Assembly (NCBI GenBank): GCA_964016885.1
Contig: OZ024743.1
Coordinates: 227,726,001 to 227,790,000 of the forward strand
Length of the DNA: 64,000 nt
Direction of reading: 5' to 3'
Source: Eledone cirrhosa
Taxonomy: Eukaryota
Part shown: positions 52,803-64,000 of the stretch, piece after piece
How positions within the stretch are numbered: the first letter of the stretch is position 1
How the letters are laid out: every line of letters starts with the position of its first letter
The notes under the pieces: model-generated
Seen by the model: only the letters and a program-made list of their open reading frames with translations
Database searches by the model: none
Told to the model about the DNA's origin: nothing
Program-made: the position numbers and the translations under genes

Positions 52803-54202
52803 GATGATGATGTTGTTAATGATGGTGATGATGATGGTGATGGTGATGATGTCGTTAATGATGGTGATGATAATGATGAGGGTGATGACGGTGATAATGC
52901 TGCTGATGATGATGATGATGATGATGGTGATGTTGATGACGATGATGATGATGATGATGACGATCATAATGATGATGGTGATGGTAATTATAATGATGAT
53001 GATGATGATGACGACGATGATGATGATGATGATGATAATATTAATTATAATGATGATGATGATGATAATGATGATGATGATGATCAATATGATTATGATA
53101 CCATTGTTGAACTTTTATTAATATTGTCTGCAAAAATTAGCTTGCTAATATGAACATTGGTTGAACAAACCACCTCCTCCCTCCACTTCTCCACCACACC
53201 ACATCCCTCTCTCATCGTTTCTATTCTCTTCTTCTTCTTCTTCTTCTTCTTCTTCTTCTTCTTCTTCTTCTCCTTCTTCTTCTCCTTCTTCTTCTTCTTC
53301 TTCTTCTTCTCCTTCTTCTTCGTCTGTCTTCATCTTACCTTCATCCTCTCACCACCAGCCTCCTCTCACCACCACCCCACTCTTTCGCTCCCTCTTCCTC
53401 TCTCTTTCACTCTGCCTTCTTTTTCTGTTCATGTCCGTCTCCTTTATAATAAATAACTGTAACATCACTTCAGCGGAAATCAAATAGTTGAAGAGGTGTT
53501 GGTAATGGTGTTGTTGGTGGTGTTGTTAGTGTTGTTGTTGGTGTTGATGGTGTTGATGGTGGTGGTGGTGTTGTTGATGGTGGTGGTGGAGGTTGTGGTG
53601 GTGGTGGTGGTGGAGGTGGTGCCGTTGTTGTTGTTGTTGTTATTGTTGTTGTTGATGGTGGTGGAGGTTGTGTTAGTGTTGGTGGTGGTGGTGGTGGTGG
53701 TGGTGGTGATGGTGGTGGTGGTGATGCTCGTGGTGGTGGAGGTGAGGGTGGTAGTGGTGGTGTTGGTGGTGGTATTGGTGCCTGTGGTGGTAGTGGTGGT
53801 AGTGGTTGTGTTAGTTGTGGTGGTAGTGGTGGTGGTGGTGGTGTCGTTGTTGGCGGCGGTGGTGGTGCAGGTGATGGTGGTGGTGGTGGTATTGGTGGTG
53901 GTGGTTGTGTTAGTGGTGGTGGGGGTTGTGTTAGTGGTGATGGTGATAATGTCGTTGTTGTTGGTGGTGATGGTGGTGTTGTTGTTGGCGGTGGTGGTGG
54001 TGGTGGTGTTGGTGGTGGTGGTGTTGGTGATGGTGATGCTGGTGATAGTGATGCTGGTGATGGTGGTGGTGAGATGATCGTCGTCCAGGTGATATTGTGG
54101 TGCATTGCTGATGGAAGAGCTAAGGTGAGGATGATGAGGTAGAAGAGGTGTTAGAGATGTGGGGTGGCGGGGGAAGTAGATGGTGAGGTGGCTGACGCGA
54201 CG

Positions 54203-54233
<31 letters not shown>

Positions 54234-54350
54234 AAGAAGAAGAAGAAGAAGAAGAAGAAGAAGAAGAAGAAGAAGAAGAAGAAGAAGAAGAAGAAGAAGA
54301 AGAAGAAGAAGAAGAAGAAGAAGAAGAAGAAGAAGAAGAAGAAGAAGAAG
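50160..54350. repeat. Mosaic of trinucleotide tracts (ACC, GGT, TTC, GTT, GAT, CTG, GAA) interrupted by one SINE
   Basis: Visible directly; homopolymer ORFs in several frames on both strands. Confidence 0.9.
50566..50763 (+). mobile_element. Main SINE, full length
   Basis: A/B boxes, core and tail. Confidence 0.88.
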
Positions 54351-55517
54351 GAGGTCACAGTTCTTCAAGATTAGTCTTATTACTTCGTCTTAAATTTAAT
54401 TAGCATACTTTAATTAGCATACTGAAAATATAATGACGTAATTATTGCTTGTTTCCATTTCTCTCAGACATGCAGTTGGACAAATCAATAAACTCTTTAT
54501 AGAAATTAGCTCAGAGGTCAAAAGTTCAAATCATGGCATAGGTACAGTAATGGGTCCCGAAATAAACTTAACACTTGCTAGTCCAGTTTATAGATCTGTA
54601 AATGGCGGCGAATTGGCAGAGTCGTTGGACGACGGACAGAATGTTTTATGGTATTCGTTCCAGTTCTCTGTTCTCTGAGTTCAAATCCCACTGAGGTTAA
54701 ATTTGCCTGACATCCTTTCGAGGTCGATAAAAAAAAATACCAGGTCTAGTACTGGGGACTATTCTTCCTCTATATCTCTTTGTCATTTCCTTTCTCTCAC
54801 TTTCTATCTTTCTCTGGTAGACATCTACTCTACTCAGGCCTGGAGACGGATGGGCTCCGCCAAGCTTAAAATGCCGTGTGTCAATACGGAGCCCCTACAA
54901 CTTTATCAGGAGTTATGGAATCATACATATTGGTAGGTACTATGTTTATTTAGCTATAGAGTGTATCCGTATTGTATATATATACAATACGGATACATTT
55001 CATCTAATTGGAACGGAATTCCTCAAGGTCGGTTTCGATTGTGAGTGTTTCAGTTACTCGACCAACGTAACAGCCTATTCCTGAATCTAATGTATAAGTG
55101 CCTGAGCGTTCCACAGACGCGTGTACGCTTAAGGAGATTCAGTATAACACAGTGTGTGACAAAGCTAGCCCTTTAAATTACAGGTAAAATGACGGGCTTG
55201 CAGAGAGGTTCCGTCACCCATATGGCTTGACACGAGGTTATGGGAAATGATACTTTCTCAATGCCATGCAGTAGGGTCGAACCTAGTATTTAATGGTTGC
55301 AAAATGGTTGCAAAACGAACTTCATAACCGTCCGGCTCTGCTGTAATTTTGTACTATAATATCCCAAACTCTGCAGTTAAGGTTGATACTGTTATGTTAA
55401 TCATTGGGATAATACATTTCTTCGTGTTATTGACATAGTGGAGTAATGGGGGTTTGAACTATTAGAAATACCAGCTTATACCACACATTATCATCATAAA
55501 AGGAAAGTATACGTTAG

Positions 55518-55707
55518 ATAATTGTTTCTACTTTAGGCACAAGGCCAGCAATTAACCAGTGCATTACTGGTACTTTATTTTATCGACCCCGTAAGGATGA
55601 AAGGCAAAGTCAACCTCGGCGAGATTTGAACTCAGATCGTAAAGGGACGTAACTATGCTGAAAAGCATGGCGTCCGACCCTCTACTGATACTGCCAATCC
55701 ACCGCCC
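55518..55707 (-). mobile_element. Main SINE, full length, with probable TSD
   Basis: GTATAC(G/A)TTAGATAAT on both sides (duplicated on the right). Confidence 0.9.
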
Positions 55708-56360
55708 TTGTATACATTAGATAATGTATACATTAGATAATGCAGTTCTACACACCTTCTACTACAATGACGGGATGTTCAGGGATGGGGTATATATAAG
55801 AATATGTCTACTTGATCAGAATCAACCTGGAGCTAACACTTTCAACAGCAAGCCCATGAGGTAACCTCTACATGTATGTTTGCATATATCTGTAACTCTT
55901 CTTTTTTTTTTTTTTAGTCGTAGGAGCGCCGTGGTAACATACAGCGTTTCTTAGGTATTTTTTTAACTGGGTGGAGACCGTCTCTTCTCCGGGACTGAAC
56001 ATAGCTGATTTCTTCCAGAGAAATAGAGGGGAGAAAGAGATATAGAGGAAAAATCTACCCTAGTACTAGAGTGGTATATTTTTTACTGACTTATAAAGAA
56101 TGACATGCAAAGATGACCACGACACAGAGTCGGAATAAATAACGCATAGCGTACTAACCGACGTTCTAACGCCTCTGCCATTTCGCCACCAAGCACAGTT
56201 AATTAGCCTGCTAGATATAACAACATATATATATTTATGAATGTATGTATAGTATATTTGGCAATATACCGTATGTTTAATTAAAAACATTTAGAAGACC
56301 ATTCGCTGTCAGTTTTAAAGTAGTGACTATGTCACTTATATATATATATATAATTATCGT

Positions 56361-56855
56361 TGCCTGAATGTGGGGTTGTAATCACTAAGGATGAGCCCTC
56401 AATATGTTAACATAGATCTAAACCATATACACCCAGCATCACAATAAGATTATTCCTATCTGCAAACTCAGAAGATTCTGAGTTCAAATCCCGCCGAGGT
56501 TAACTTTGCCTTTCATCCTTACGGGGTCGATAAATAAAGTACCAGTAATGTACTGGGCAATTGCTGGCCTTGTGCCAAATATAGAAACAATTATATAACA
56601 CATATGGCAATCTGGCATAAACCTTCCTGGGTACAGGAGGTTTCCTCAATTTAGTTGATGTTATTGCTGTTTGGTTTGTCAGCCATAACCATAATACTAA
56701 CTCTTACCATAACCATGGCTGACGAAATAAACATCAATAACATCAGTTTGCTTCAGGATATAGTGTGTATATGATTCATATAATATATAGTATATTTACC
56801 TCTATATAATATATTGCGGTCTCATTCTTCAGTGATTACAAACCACACTCAGGCA
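56361..56855. mobile_element. Element with imperfect terminal inverted repeats of about 45 bp (MITE-like), interrupted by a SINE at 56476-56594
   Basis: TGCCTGA.TGTGG..TTGTAATCACT..ATGAG.CC.CAATAT at 56361-56405 and inverted at 56811-56855; same end at about 5155-5200. Confidence 0.6.
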
Positions 56856-57074
56856 CATATCAATAGTTACATACGTATATATATATATATACACAAATAT
56901 AAATATTTATATCATCTCCAACATCATCACCATCATCATCATCATCATCATCATCATCGTCAATAACACCATGGTCTTTTTTATCATCATCATCTTCCTC
57001 AGGATGTTCATCCTCCTGAGATCAACTCTCTACTTAGGAATAAATATACCAGTTTGCCATACATTTGATATGTA

Positions 57075-57258
57075 TAACAAATTTAATATAGAAATGGCTT
57101 CTACATGACTACAGGACTAGAACTGTTTCATTCGAAGGAAATCATTAGAAAAGCTTTCCTGATGATATCCATTTCTATATTAAATTTGTTTTATACACTC
57201 TACTAATGTATTGAGTACTTTACTTACTGTGGTTACCCCCGATTGAACCCAGGGCACA
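57075..57258 (+). mobile_element. Family C element, fold-back copy with internal deletion
   Basis: Inverted arms, CTGATGA remnant and tail GTATTGAGTACTTTACTTACTGTGGTTAC. Confidence 0.75.
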
Positions 57259-57348
57259 CAGATATATGTATATATATCAAGGAACAAAAACGGACAAACA
57301 AGAGAATAAAATATGAAGTGTATTAGTTTCACGCAGCGAGTGAGTTAT

Positions 57349-57432
<84 letters not shown>

Positions 57433-58114
57433 ATGTATATATATATATATGTATATATAAATATATATATATATATTTAAAAAAAATATATATATATATA
57501 TGAAGTTGTACAATCACAAATGTTTTTAAATGATTTTCTTTATCAATAGATGACTTTAAATGTCTGCTAGAAAGTAATACAAATTACTGGAAGACAGTTC
57601 AACGGAGGAGTTCAACAGTTATCAATGACTATATTGGGAGGGGTGAGAGGGACGAGAAAGAGGAATAGTTGTTGGATAAATTGTTATTAGCAGACAACAA
57701 CAACAAAAAACACTGATCACTGAAGGAACCAGAAGATGGATCTGTGGAAGGGATGATGATCAGATATAACGCTGGAAGAGAATGAGAGGGGACAGTTCGA
57801 CGAGGCTGTGGAGCATTAAAATATATCCTTGTCTGGCTCAGTGAATCTGGCATGTCATGGATCACTAATAGGATTAGCTAATCGATCGCTGAATGGATTG
57901 TTGAATCGATTTGGTATTGGTGACTGAATGTCCAGTGTAATTTACTGTTTGTCACTTCATTATTTTCAGTATATTGAACATTCTCTGCACATACACACAC
58001 ACACACAAATATATGTATATATAAACATATATAAGTATATAAGTATATATACATGCATACGCATATATATGTTATATATATGTATATATATATATGTTTA
58101 TATATATATATATT

Positions 58115-58147
<33 letters not shown>

Positions 58148-58218
58148 GTGTGTGTGTGCGCGTGTGTGTGTGTATACATGTCGTTCCTGGGACGTTTAGC
58201 CCTAGGAAGGGAAAATGC

Positions 58219-58297
58219 TTCTCTGATGAGCTTTGGTTTTCCATCATAAATCCATCGGATTTATGAGGTTTTACAAAGCGAAACTGATCAGTAAGGG
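58219..58297 (+). ncRNA. Type I hammerhead ribozyme, canonical core, long stem II (family F relative; element 58180-58381)
   Basis: TTCT-CTGATGA-GCTTTG..TCATAAATCC-ATC-GGATTTATGA..CAAAGC-GAAAC-TGATCA-GTA-AGGG. Confidence 0.82.
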
Positions 58298-58382
58298 CCA
58301 CTAGAAGAGGTAAATATTTATATTATATTTTTTAATGTATTTTGAAAAATTGATTGAATTTTACTTGTTCTGCTTATCTTAA

Positions 58383-58440
<58 letters not shown>

Positions 58441-58442
<2 letters not shown>

Positions 58443-58794
58443 AATAATTGTTTCTACTTTTGGCACAAGACCAGCAAATACCCAGTGCATTACTGGTACT
58501 TTATTTTATCGACCCCGTAAGGATGAAAGGCAAAGTTAACCTCGGCGGGATTTGAACTCAGAATGGCAAGGGCCGTAACTCTTTGCGTCAAAGCATGGCG
58601 TCCGACCCTAATAATAATAATAATAATTGTTTCTACTTTAGGCACAAGGCCAGCAATTACCCAGTGCATTACTGGTACTTTATTTTATCGACCCCGTAAG
58701 GATGAAAGGCAAAGTCAACCTCGGCGGGATTTGAACTCAGACGTAACTATGCTGGAAAGCATGGCGTCCGACCCTCTACCGATACTGCCAATCC
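58441..58794 (-). mobile_element. Two tandem main SINE copies (58441-58608, 58622-58794)
   Basis: Reverse core and (TAA)n tails. Confidence 0.9.
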
Positions 58795-58807
58795 AGTATA
58801 TATATAT

Positions 58808-59010
58808 AACGAAGGAAGTGTGGTAAGGAGCCAGGTGGACCATAACGCACCAGAGTACTCAATACTTAGGGTAGTAGAGTGGGTAATCAGAAAAGGTTCA
58901 GGATCCTGACGGCAGAGCTCATGCCGTTTCGACAGCTATTTCTGGACCGGTCGAGAAATAGCCGTCGAAATGGCTTGAGCTCTGCCGTCGGGGTCCTGAA
59001 TATTTTCCTA
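58808..59010 (-). mobile_element. Family B fold-back element (diverged)
   Basis: Palindrome centred on ACCGGT at about 58946-58951 plus the family B tail. Confidence 0.8.
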
Positions 59011-59100
59011 TATATATATGTATATTTGTATATACATGTATATATGTATGTATGTGTTATATATATTATATAACATTATATGCATGTATATATATATATA

Positions 59101-59155
<55 letters not shown>

Positions 59156-59160
<5 letters not shown>

Positions 59161-59354
59161 AACCAGTAAGACACCGACAGCTGAGCTCAAGCCGTTTCGA
59201 CGGCTAATTCTGGACTAGTCCAGAATTAGCCGTCGAAACGGCTTGAGCTCAGCTGTCGGGGTCTTACTGGTTCCTATTACCCACTCTACTACCTCAAGTA
59301 TTGAGTACTTTGGTGCGTTATGGTCCACCTGGTTCCTTACCACATTTCCTTCGT

Positions 59355-59356
<2 letters not shown>
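59156..59356 (+). mobile_element. Family B fold-back element (near-perfect 122-bp palindrome)
   Basis: Arms 59156-59216 and 59217-59277 centred on ACTAGT, one mismatch seen; tail as in 21655-21733. Confidence 0.88.
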
Positions 59357-59440
<84 letters not shown>

Positions 59441-59642
59441 TATAAATGCTATATGAATTATATATATATATATATGTGGGTGCACTCACACATACAAGGA
59501 TACACAAATGCAGTACTGCAAGATTGCAAGATATGAGTGTCTGTGTGTGCTATATAGACACATCAATAAATTCATATTGGCATTCATCATACCCTGTTTT
59601 TGTTTACTTTCCACTCGTTTAATTTAGTACAGTCAAAGAATT

Positions 59643-59681
<39 letters not shown>

Positions 59682-59728
59682 ATATATATGTGTATGTATA
59701 TGATTATAATTATGTATGTGTGTGTATA

Positions 59729-59792
<64 letters not shown>

Positions 59793-59807
59793 GTGTATAT
59801 ATATATG

Positions 59808-59849
<42 letters not shown>

Positions 59850-60130
59850 ATCAGTAAACAAAGAAATTAGAACTTATTTCTTATTTATATTTTAATCCAT
59901 TTATCGGAAACTTTATCTCCAATAGACAAATAAACAGTAATAAATCCCCTAGTTCAAAGATATCTGTGTGGGTGCATATATATATATATATATGTGTGTG
60001 TGTATGTATGTACGTACGCATATACATGTGTACATAAAACATACATACATACATTTAAACATATATATGCTTACATACATATATATGCATATAGCCACCC
60101 AAACATACATTTTTGAACAAGGGGATTTAA

Positions 60131-60222
<92 letters not shown>

Positions 60223-60243
60223 AGATAGATAGATATATAGATA

Positions 60244-63200
60244 AATTTCTTTATTTACCATAAAGGCATAAAAAGAAGGGACAAATACAAAGGGGGAGTT
60301 TACATATAATCGAGTAAAAAGGGTGTAACATGAAAATAATCGAAAATAACCTCAAAAGGGAGGGGACGTGATGGGGGTTGCACACACCCCCGAAAAAGTG
60401 TGCAATCCTTTGCCCGGGGAGCACATGGAGAAGGTGCTCCCCTCTCCTTTACTTCTTTACCTACAGGATGGTATACAGAGAAGGCCCATTTACACGAGCC
60501 ATTCTCGCCACTATCACCCACCTTTCATAAAACTGCCTGTGGCCAAGCACCTCTCTCTCCATTCTTATCCTTCTTCCGAAGTGATATCGGAAGAAGTAGA
60601 CCAGACTATGGCCAGAGAGGAAGTTGCCTGACCTCAGACCTTTCAATCGTGTCCACCAAACAACCTCTTTCAACATGGCTATTACGCACAGAAAAACCGC
60701 CTTTGCTTCCTTTGTGAAGAGGGGAGGCGGTTTGATTGTCATCACGGACTCGGCTGTCAATTTAATCGGCGCCACCCGCGACAGCAGTTGTTCGGCGTAG
60801 CCCCACAGATCAGCCACGCCCGGACATTGCACCAATGCGTGCGCCACGGTTTCTTCGTGACGCACGCATCTAGGGCAAATCTTTTTTGAGGGATCCCTGC
60901 CCGGGCGCCCGTGTCTGTAGAGCCTCTCTCGAACGGGTAGAGCCCCTCGGTAGCACTGCCAGGCCAGTGACTTCTGGAAGTTGTCCATTGGTCCTGGGCC
61001 GAAAGTCCTACCGAACAGGCTGGCCAGTTCGTCTTCTTCCATGTCCAGCGACTCTCCAAGGGTGTCATCGCCCCTGCTAGCCACCAGCCCTCTATAGAAT
61101 GATGAGGTGGATTCTCCACCGATGGCCCGGCCCGCTTGCCAGAGAGCCCTGAGCGCCTGAGCACACTCAGTGTGCCAGTCTCCCAGTTTTCCGGATCTTT
61201 GCTTGACCCAGGACTGTAGCTCGGTGAGTGAGACGAGTCTCGGAAAGGCTCGTTTCACGAACGGAGCCCACACCGGTTGACCAGTGAGGAATACCTGTAG
61301 GTGCCGTAGCCTTAATGCGTGCCTACGCATCATCAACCACGGCATCCCCAGCCCTCCTTTCGAAGGTTGTTGGCAGCAGATGGATCTTCTCACCATAGGA
61401 GGACGCTTCTTCCAAAGAAATTGGAAGAGCATGCGTTCCATGGTGGTGAGTGTTTCCTTAGGGCAAGGCACGACAGTCAGGCGGTAGTAAGTGACGGACG
61501 CTATGTAAATGTTCGCCACCTCCGCCCGGCCTTTTAGGGACAGCTTACACTTGGCCCATTTCTGGGTTAGTGCAAACACCTTGTTCGTAACCTCGTTCCA
61601 GTTCTTTTCCACCTGGAGGTCCGGTCCAAACAAGACCCCAAGCAACTTTACCGGGCCCTCCGTCCAGTGTCCGACGACACCATCGGGAGGCATCGGTCTG
61701 CCTCTCCACGTTCCGAGTTGCAGCCCGATGGATTTTTCCCGGTTCAGTTTCGCTCCTGACAACCTTTCGTACTCCTCCAGTAAGGTACCGATCGCCTCGA
61801 TCTCCGAGTCGGTTGATACCATTACTGTTACGTCATCGGCGTAGGCCGACACCGCTTTGCTCAATCCTGGTTCCAGGGGGATACCCTGCAACAACTCCAA
61901 CTTCCTCAGTAAAGGCTCGAGAGTCAATACGTACAGAAGGGAGGAGAGAGGGCACCCCTGTCGAATGGATCGTGTGATTTCGAACGGCTTCGAAAGGTAG
62001 CCGTTCACCTTGATCCTAGAACAGATGTGGTTGCTATGTAGGGCAGTGATCCAGCCTCTGAAAACAGGACCGAACCCAGCCGCCGCTAGCACCGCATCCA
62101 GGTAACCATGGTCGACCCTATCGAAGGCCTTAGACTGATCCAAGTTGATCAGGGCCCCACCGAAGCCGGGTTTGTTGCCAACCCTCTCTATGATGTATCG
62201 CATGAGGTGGAGGTTATCGTGAATGGACCTGGATGGGATAGCACATGTCTGCGCATCTCCCACCAGGCCACTCACGACAAGCGCCAACCTCTTTGCTAAC
62301 ACCTTGGCCAAAATCTTTAACTCTGTGTTTAGCAGGGTTATGGGCCGAAAATTATTTATACTATCCCCCTTGTTCTCGTCCTTCCTCACCAGCGTGACTA
62401 CGCCCTTGGCTACAGAACAAGGAATTCTCCCGTTCTGCTGCCAATTGCAGTAGACCGCTTCGAGGAGTTCGGAGAAGAAGACCGGCATTGCTAAATAAAG
62501 TTCGTAAGGTATACCATCGAGACCTGGAGATTTGCGTCTGCTGCATTGGCTCAGCGCATCTCCGATCTCATCAGCCGAGATTGGTCCCTCGCAGGACTCC
62601 GCCTCTTTGTTCGAGAGACGCGGCAGGCCGTCGAGGTATGGACCGAAATCCACGCCCCGGCCCGGACCCTCGCCTCCCCCGAACAATCGGGCAAAGTGCT
62701 TTTGAAAGGCCTCGCACATCTGCTTAGGCTCCCGGATCACTCGTCCATCTTCGTCTTGCAACGACCGGATGGTGGATCGATTTCCACTTTTAGCTTCTGT
62801 CACGCGGGCCCATCCAACGGCTTTGGCCCCCTCATTACCTAGAGCACGTATTTTACTTCGAATGACGCAGCCTTCATGCTTTGCATCGAAAAACTGGTTC
62901 AAGGCCGTCCTCGATGCCAGCACTCTGGCCACATCTTCGCTCTTGATTGCCTCTTCTAATTTACCTGTTAATTCTTTCTCGTTTCTATTCCTATTGGCAG
63001 CTAACATCTTGCTATAACTTATTGATTCTGTTCTAATCTCTCTTTTGAGAGATGCCCACCATCGGTTGTTGACGATTGCACCCGTCAACCTCTCCTTAAC
63101 TAATCTGCTAATCCGGTTTCTGTAAGTCTCTTTTGCCGGTAAAGACAAATTAAGTTTCCAGTTACCGGGACCCTGTCTATGTGTTTTCTCGAGATTGACC

Positions 63201-64000
63201 ACGCAGGTCACTAATTTGTGATCCGTGTAGCCAACCGTGCGCATTTCTGGACAGCTTAATATGTCCCTATCCTTACTTCTAACTAAGAATCTATCTAAGT
63301 ACGATCTAGATTGACCACTGTGGTTTCTCCAAGTCCAGGTAGGCACAGTTGGAAAATCTAGTCGATATCTATCGACCAAGTTAAAACGGTCGAGTAACCC
63401 CTTGAGGCTGTTACACCCCCCTCTATTAGGACATGCTCCTGCATAGTCCCAACGTGCATCTAGGATGTCATTCCAATCCCCCGCTAGAAGCAGGGAACGC
63501 GACGTTCCCAGAAAAGTCTCCAAACGCTGGAAGAAGTCGGGCCGTTCAGCTCCGAAAGGGGAGTAGACGGCGACCAGTCTCAAGGCCGCACTTTCACTAC
63601 TACCAACGTCTAGCACCAACAAACGACCCTCCGGGTCCGAGTGCACAACCTGTACGGCAAGACCCAGGTGTTTTTGCAGCAGCACGACAACCCCACCCCC
63701 ACCTCCAGGTTGACAGAGAGATGCATGCACCTCAAAGTCATCGAAGGTGGGGGCCAGCTGCCGCATGACGCTGATTCGAGTCTCACAGATAACCATTACA
63801 TTTATACTACATGACCTGAGGTCATTTAGAAGCTTTGCTTGCTTCCAAGTTGAGCCCAGGCCACGTGCATTCAAACATCCTACTCTTAACACATCCATGT
63901 GGGCGGCAGAGCCAAAGGAGAGTGTAGAGACCTACCTTTCCGCTTCCCGGGTTCGGGTTGCACGACTTCCATGGGGTCGGGGGTGTTGGGTGAAGGGGTG
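60244..64000 (-). mobile_element. L1/Tx1-clade non-LTR retrotransposon, continuing beyond the window end
   Basis: GC-rich block with intact ORF2, a 3' UTR of about 215 nt, AATAAA at 60250-60255 (minus), ending at TAGA repeats. Confidence 0.93.
60461..63898 (-). CDS. LINE ORF2 protein (APE endonuclease, reverse transcriptase, C-terminal Cys/His motif), 1145 aa, uninterrupted
   Basis: APE motifs LNARGL, ET, GDWN, SYLDRF, TDH; RT motifs PGLDG, NFRPITLLN, LDQSKAFDRVDH, QGCPLS, YADD; CPRC..ETVAH..C. Confidence 0.95.
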   Translation of the reverse strand: MDVLRVGCLNARGLGSTWKQAKLLNDLRSCSINVMVICETRISVMRQLAPTFDDFEVHASLCQPGGGGGVVVLLQKHLGLAVQVVHSDPEGRLLVLDVGSSESAALRLVAVYSPFGAERPDFFQRLETFLGTSRSLLLAGDWNDILDARWDYAGACPNRGGCNSLKGLLDRFNLVDRYRLDFPTVPTWTWRNHSGQSRSYLDRFLVRSKDRDILSCPEMRTVGYTDHKLVTCVVNLEKTHRQGPGNWKLNLSLPAKETYRNRISRLVKERLTGAIVNNRWWASLKREIRTESISYSKMLAANRNRNEKELTGKLEEAIKSEDVARVLASRTALNQFFDAKHEGCVIRSKIRALGNEGAKAVGWARVTEAKSGNRSTIRSLQDEDGRVIREPKQMCEAFQKHFARLFGGGEGPGRGVDFGPYLDGLPRLSNKEAESCEGPISADEIGDALSQCSRRKSPGLDGIPYELYLAMPVFFSELLEAVYCNWQQNGRIPCSVAKGVVTLVRKDENKGDSINNFRPITLLNTELKILAKVLAKRLALVVSGLVGDAQTCAIPSRSIHDNLHLMRYIIERVGNKPGFGGALINLDQSKAFDRVDHGYLDAVLAAAGFGPVFRGWITALHSNHICSRIKVNGYLSKPFEITRSIRQGCPLSSLLYVLTLEPLLRKLELLQGIPLEPGLSKAVSAYADDVTVMVSTDSEIEAIGTLLEEYERLSGAKLNREKSIGLQLGTWRGRPMPPDGVVGHWTEGPVKLLGVLFGPDLQVEKNWNEVTNKVFALTQKWAKCKLSLKGRAEVANIYIASVTYYRLTVVPCPKETLTTMERMLFQFLWKKRPPMVRRSICCQQPSKGGLGMPWLMMRRHALRLRHLQVFLTGQPVWAPFVKRAFPRLVSLTELQSWVKQRSGKLGDWHTECAQALRALWQAGRAIGGESTSSFYRGLVASRGDDTLGESLDMEEDELASLFGRTFGPGPMDNFQKSLAWQCYRGALPVRERLYRHGRPGRDPSKKICPRCVRHEETVAHALVQCPGVADLWGYAEQLLSRVAPIKLTAESVMTIKPPPLFTKEAKAVFLCVIAMLKEVVWWTRLKGLRSGNFLSGHSLVYFFRYHFGRRIRMEREVLGHRQFYERWVIVARMARVNGPSLYTIL

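Noticed and set aside
53470-54358. Pro-rich (extensin-like) and Thr-rich (mucin-like) ORFs
   Set aside because: Alternative frames of a degenerate (ACC)n tract within a trinucleotide mosaic; no domain or clear splice support
60368-63768. Many short ORFs overlapping LINE ORF2
   Set aside because: Shadow ORFs of GC-rich coding sequence; the same applies to the plus-strand ORFs at 5502-7524

Overview
Repeat-saturated, AT-rich animal genomic DNA. The SINE, LINE and microsatellite repertoire resembles an octopus-type cephalopod genome (inference). Almost all ORFs in the track are simple-repeat artefacts. The one real long CDS is an intact L1/Tx1-clade LINE ORF2 (APE endonuclease, RT and Cys/His motif; 60461-63898, minus). 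A frameshifted, 5'-truncated relative lies at about 5360-7647, and both copies abut (GATA)n. About 20 copies of a tRNA-derived SINE are present, several with 15-20 bp TSDs, plus fragments of R4/Dong-, RTE- and CR1/L2-like LINEs and Penelope-type GIY-YIG remnants. The main signal missed by the ORF track is a set of roughly 8-9 families of short non-coding elements inserted in (TA)n tracts. They are arranged as tandem and/or inverted (fold-back) repeats and carry type I hammerhead ribozyme motifs (CUGANGA...GAAAC...GUH), as expected for Penelope-like pseudo-LTRs or retrozyme-like elements. Several carry non-canonical core variants, and one family repeatedly folds back inside the ribozyme's stem II. 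Two homologous 23-nt candidate microexons on the minus strand (36896-36918, 38877-38899) are the best hint of a host gene. All structures were read by eye; no searches or folding programs were run.
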